Origin: Amoebophrya sp. A120
Lineage: Eukaryota > Protista > Dinoflagellata
NCBI GenBank assembly: GCA_905178155.1
Contig: CAJINV010000005.1
Span: forward strand, 42,254 to 106,253
Reading direction: 5' to 3'
Length of the DNA: 64,000 nt
Positions 60,721 to 64,000 of the stretch are shown piece after piece. Made by a program: the position numbers and the translations under genes. Numbering within the stretch: position 1 is the first letter of the stretch; each line of letters begins with the position of its first letter. The notes beneath the pieces are model-generated. The model saw nothing but the letters and a program-made list of their open reading frames with translations. It searched no databases and was not told where the DNA came from.

Positions 60721-61163
60721 TGTGTTTATCTACTTCATCAAAGAATGGTAGGTACGATAATGAAGCCACCATTGATGGCAAGGGAGAGAAGTTCACTTTG
60801 CATTTGGGTCATGTAGTAAATACCGAAAACTACAAGGACCTCGAGAACCTAAGACCGATCCCAACCCGAAGGAGTGCATTCTTCGGGCGGTGCGATGCGA
60901 AGCGAGTCTATTTGTGGAGTAGCTTGAGTAATGTATTTCGACAAGCTTCACAATCCCAATCGCACCCCTTGTGTGAGATAGAGATTCAGATTCCAGATAT
61001 CGGTGTATAACGCAGAACGACGAAAGGGAACCCCACTTATGCCGCTTCAGCTTCCCGGCACGCACAAAAACAACTACGACCAGAAAAGCCGAATCGATGG
61101 ACCACGACGATCAGCACAAATCCTTCAAATTCTTAAATGCTTCATGAAGGTAGGCGGAAGTTT

Positions 61164-62879
61164 TCACGGTGCCCGCTGCTGTTCAATGCAGGAGAATCTT
61201 AACTCTGCTTCTTCCCCAAATCGTCCATTTTGATCTTTACCAGCGATGTTACCTTCGTCACAAGGTTGCACAAATGCAGGGTATAATTGCTCCTGGAATT
61301 CTTCGTCGAGTATAGCTCGCGCACGCTCGAAATCTACATCCGAAATTCTGCCATTTGCGACCGGGATGTAGTACGGCATTTGTTGCGCCTGCGCACGCTG
61401 GGTCTGGCGTTTTGTCGGTCTGCATTCTGGGGTGAACAGAGGTAAGTCGGTTCTTCCTGTCGTGATGTCGCCCTCGACGATGAGGCAGCTCGCGAACATG
61501 GCACGTGGAAAAATCCAAATGCCCGTGAGTGCCCCGGGCACGGAATTTTCGGAACGTAAAGCGATGACAAACTTCGGAGCTACATGCTGCGACAGTGGTA
61601 TCTCGCGGTACCCTGCACCTACGAATTCGGAAGCGAGGAAAAACTTTCTGTTGCAAGTCGTGGTCAGCTTGATGCGATAATGCGTCACGCATCTCCCTCT
61701 TCGTTTCTGGTCTCTTACCTTGCACAAAAGCCTGTGCAATGTTGGCTTTCCGTCGATGTACGTGTCACACCCTTTGCCGACAGTCGATTCAAATGTTACT
61801 CGCTTTCCCAGTTTGTTGTAGAAGATGTGATGAAGATGCGTGATTAGCATCGCGCGTCGATTTTGTCTATCAGACGCCGCTAAGTCCACCAACCAATCGA
61901 CCATGGGACGCGCGTGCACACCGCTAAGATCGCGCCAACAAGAAGCCAACGTATCAGCCAGGACCCGGATTGGAAACATCTGCTTGTCCTGTATGAAAAT
62001 TGCTACCCGCTCTCGTCCGCTGCTCTTGTCGGTCCTCTTGGCGGGCGGCTCGCCGGAATTCTCGTTGGCAAACTGTCCGCATTCGGCTGCACTGGTCTGA
62101 AGTCTGTCTTCCTTGTTCGAGGTCGCAGTACGTATTGCAGTTGATCGAATAGTCCCCGAGGAAGATGTTGCGCTATCACCAGTTCTAAAAGCCACGCTCC
62201 CTGCTTGAAGAGCGATCAGGGCAATGCCTGGACCCGGGAGGCCATCAATGTCGCCTTTGTTGTAGTTAAAACGAAAGCACTGCGTCCTTGGACTGGCAAA
62301 AGCTGTGGTGCTGGCAAAACAAACTTTGAGAGGCAACCATACGTCGTTGGTCTGATCTTCTGTGCCCTGTGCGGCAAATTGGTAGAAGAATGATGCGCGG
62401 CTTTGGAACGGAGCCTTTTCCAGCTTAAGGTTGGGACATATCTCCGACAGCTGCTGCACGACCCACGCGCACCCTTTTTCGGAAGTGAAGTGTGCTTGTG
62501 AAACCGACTGGCCGATTTCTGGCATGCGCCGCTGCCTATCGACCACCCACGGTTCCTCGCATCGCTGTTTTTCGCTAGCACCAAACAGACAAGGAGATTC
62601 CACCATATCGCCAGCACGCGGAGAACCAGCAGCAGACCGGTCAAGTGGTAGCTGCTTCTGGCGTAGGCGCCACGGAGCAGGCTTTCGGACACCGAGAAAA
62701 TCGGCCATCCCTCTGTACTCCTCCGGGTAGTATTTGCTGGGCCTCGACGGGATATTTCTTGGGCGCGCAGAGCTTGTTGCCCATTTGTCAAATTCGCGGG
62801 AGCACCGTAGGCCGAGCCGTCGCACATATGCCCTTGCCTCTTCAAAGGGCAGTCGAGGGATGCGCCTCATGTAGACCAT
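61164..62879 (-). CDS. Hypothetical protein, tandem paralogue (copy 2), with an N-terminal phage-integrase-repeat-like domain
   Basis: 571-aa ORF. N-terminal LPFEEARAYVRRLGL...RPRNIPSRPSKYYPEEYRGMADFLG fits the F.EA...V..LGL...P..IP..P...Y...[WY].G..DFLG repeat pattern. Confidence 0.8.
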   Translation of the reverse strand: MVYMRRIPRLPFEEARAYVRRLGLRCSREFDKWATSSARPRNIPSRPSKYYPEEYRGMADFLGVRKPAPWRLRQKQLPLDRSAAGSPRAGDMVESPCLFGASEKQRCEEPWVVDRQRRMPEIGQSVSQAHFTSEKGCAWVVQQLSEICPNLKLEKAPFQSRASFFYQFAAQGTEDQTNDVWLPLKVCFASTTAFASPRTQCFRFNYNKGDIDGLPGPGIALIALQAGSVAFRTGDSATSSSGTIRSTAIRTATSNKEDRLQTSAAECGQFANENSGEPPAKRTDKSSGRERVAIFIQDKQMFPIRVLADTLASCWRDLSGVHARPMVDWLVDLAASDRQNRRAMLITHLHHIFYNKLGKRVTFESTVGKGCDTYIDGKPTLHRLLCKVRDQKRRGRCVTHYRIKLTTTCNRKFFLASEFVGAGYREIPLSQHVAPKFVIALRSENSVPGALTGIWIFPRAMFASCLIVEGDITTGRTDLPLFTPECRPTKRQTQRAQAQQMPYYIPVANGRISDVDFERARAILDEEFQEQLYPAFVQPCDEGNIAGKDQNGRFGEEAELRFSCIEQQRAP

Positions 62880-63247
62880 CTTTGTCTAGAGGGGGATCGT
62901 AAGTACCATCACTTGCCTGCTAGTTGTACTAGTAGTACGCCGTTCATTCTATAAAAGGCACATCCAAATTTCCTCAACAATTTTTCTCTGCAAGTGAAAC
63001 CAAGTACAGTAATTAAGTACTCCCACTCGCTTCAACCCTCCGCGGAGAACCAGGCGAAACTTATGGCTCACACTCAGCAGTCAAATCAGCATAGAACCCT
63101 CTCATCGTTTGAGTCACACGTGTTGGGCAAGTAACGCATGTAAACCGGCGCCAAAAGCCACGTAGGCAATCAATATATCGGATTCGCCGATCGCATTGAT
63201 GCTGCTGGATACTGGAAAATAAAACAGGGAGATGAAGTATTCCAACA

Positions 63248-64000
63248 TCAGTATTGCGAAAAGATTTCTTTCGCGCGCAAAACTGCAGCTACATTACTCT
63301 CCGAAGTGGAAAAATCTAGGTAGAATTCCAGTTGCCGTTCCTGCAATTTTCGTGTCGATTCGCGTCGTGGTGAAACAGTAGGCGGATACAGGCAGAGACT
63401 CATGAGTCCGGAAGAAAGATCCCCTCTTCGTGCAAGGCAGGACTTGAGCTCGCACCGCGGAAGCAGCCAGGCACCCCTCAGCTCGATATTACACACCGCA
63501 GCTGCTGCACTTGCATCCGCGTGTTCTCCTCCAGACTGTCCAGTAGTTTTGTCTTTGTCATCCTGCTCGTTGTGGCTGTGATGAAAGATGACCAGGAAAT
63601 CTGGAGCCTCATCAACGCAGAGGGGAACCGCGCGAGTTCGTCCTGTGATTGTGGGGCACGAAACATTTTTTGTTACCGCGACCCGGTAAGCAGGCACGTC
63701 ACGCTTCTCGCCAACCCACTTGTTTTGCAAGACGCGATGAATCACAGTTCTCCCGTTTATTTCTAATCCGCAACCAAACTTGGAAAATGAACTTCCTTGC
63801 AGGTCCCAATCGCACTTGCGGTAGAGAAACGCGTCCAACTGGCGGAGAAGAAGGTAAGCGACACGAGCCTTGATGGAGAGTGCGCCTAGTGTTGCTGTCA
63901 GCTCTGCGAAGTCGCACGCCTTGCTGGAATGGTCTCTCCACATATCAGGTAAAGTTTTGATGATGTCTGCCGCTGGATGGAGGTCAAGCTTCCGGATGTA
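63248..64000 (-). CDS. Hypothetical protein, tandem paralogue (copy 3), 5' truncated by the window edge
   Basis: Frame is open to 64000. Shares G..V/LHR, YRV, APDFLVI, LRGAWLLPR, CL...GDLSSG, LYPP and Q..FY with the two neighbours. Confidence 0.8.
   Translation of the reverse strand, partial: YIRKLDLHPAADIIKTLPDMWRDHSSKACDFAELTATLGALSIKARVAYLLLRQLDAFLYRKCDWDLQGSSFSKFGCGLEINGRTVIHRVLQNKWVGEKRDVPAYRVAVTKNVSCPTITGRTRAVPLCVDEAPDFLVIFHHSHNEQDDKDKTTGQSGGEHADASAAAAVCNIELRGAWLLPRCELKSCLARRGDLSSGLMSLCLYPPTVSPRRESTRKLQERQLEFYLDFSTSESNVAAVLRAKEIFSQY

Overview
This is a eukaryotic, gene-dense window in which every supportable gene lies on the minus strand. That organisation, the long low-complexity insertions in conserved enzymes and the non-canonical introns resemble the parasitic dinoflagellate Amoebophrya (Syndiniales); the taxon is an inference. 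The dominant structure is 14 MITE-like insertions (145-316 bp, one expanded to 1236 bp) inside coding exons. Each has TAT...ATA terminal inverted repeats (TIRs) and a 5-bp target-site duplication (TSD), and none offers GT-AG ends. Removing the element plus one TSD copy restores the frame each time, including the motifs YTSGSTGKPK, KIRGHRIEL and MITGD. Eleven of the 14 interrupt one gene, reconstructed as a ~1979-aa membrane-bound Pls-like (epsilon-poly-L-lysine synthetase family) NRPS. Its neighbours are a bacterial Tmm-like flavin monooxygenase, a ~2345-aa P450/alpha-beta-hydrolase/multi-TM fusion, a frameshifted HIT gene, an AP2-like ORF and a P5 ATPase, possibly a metabolic cluster. Also present are an ecdysoneless/SGT1 homologue, two unannotated paralogue families, a compound minisatellite and a TIR element at the left edge. 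Exon joins and lengths were worked out by hand.
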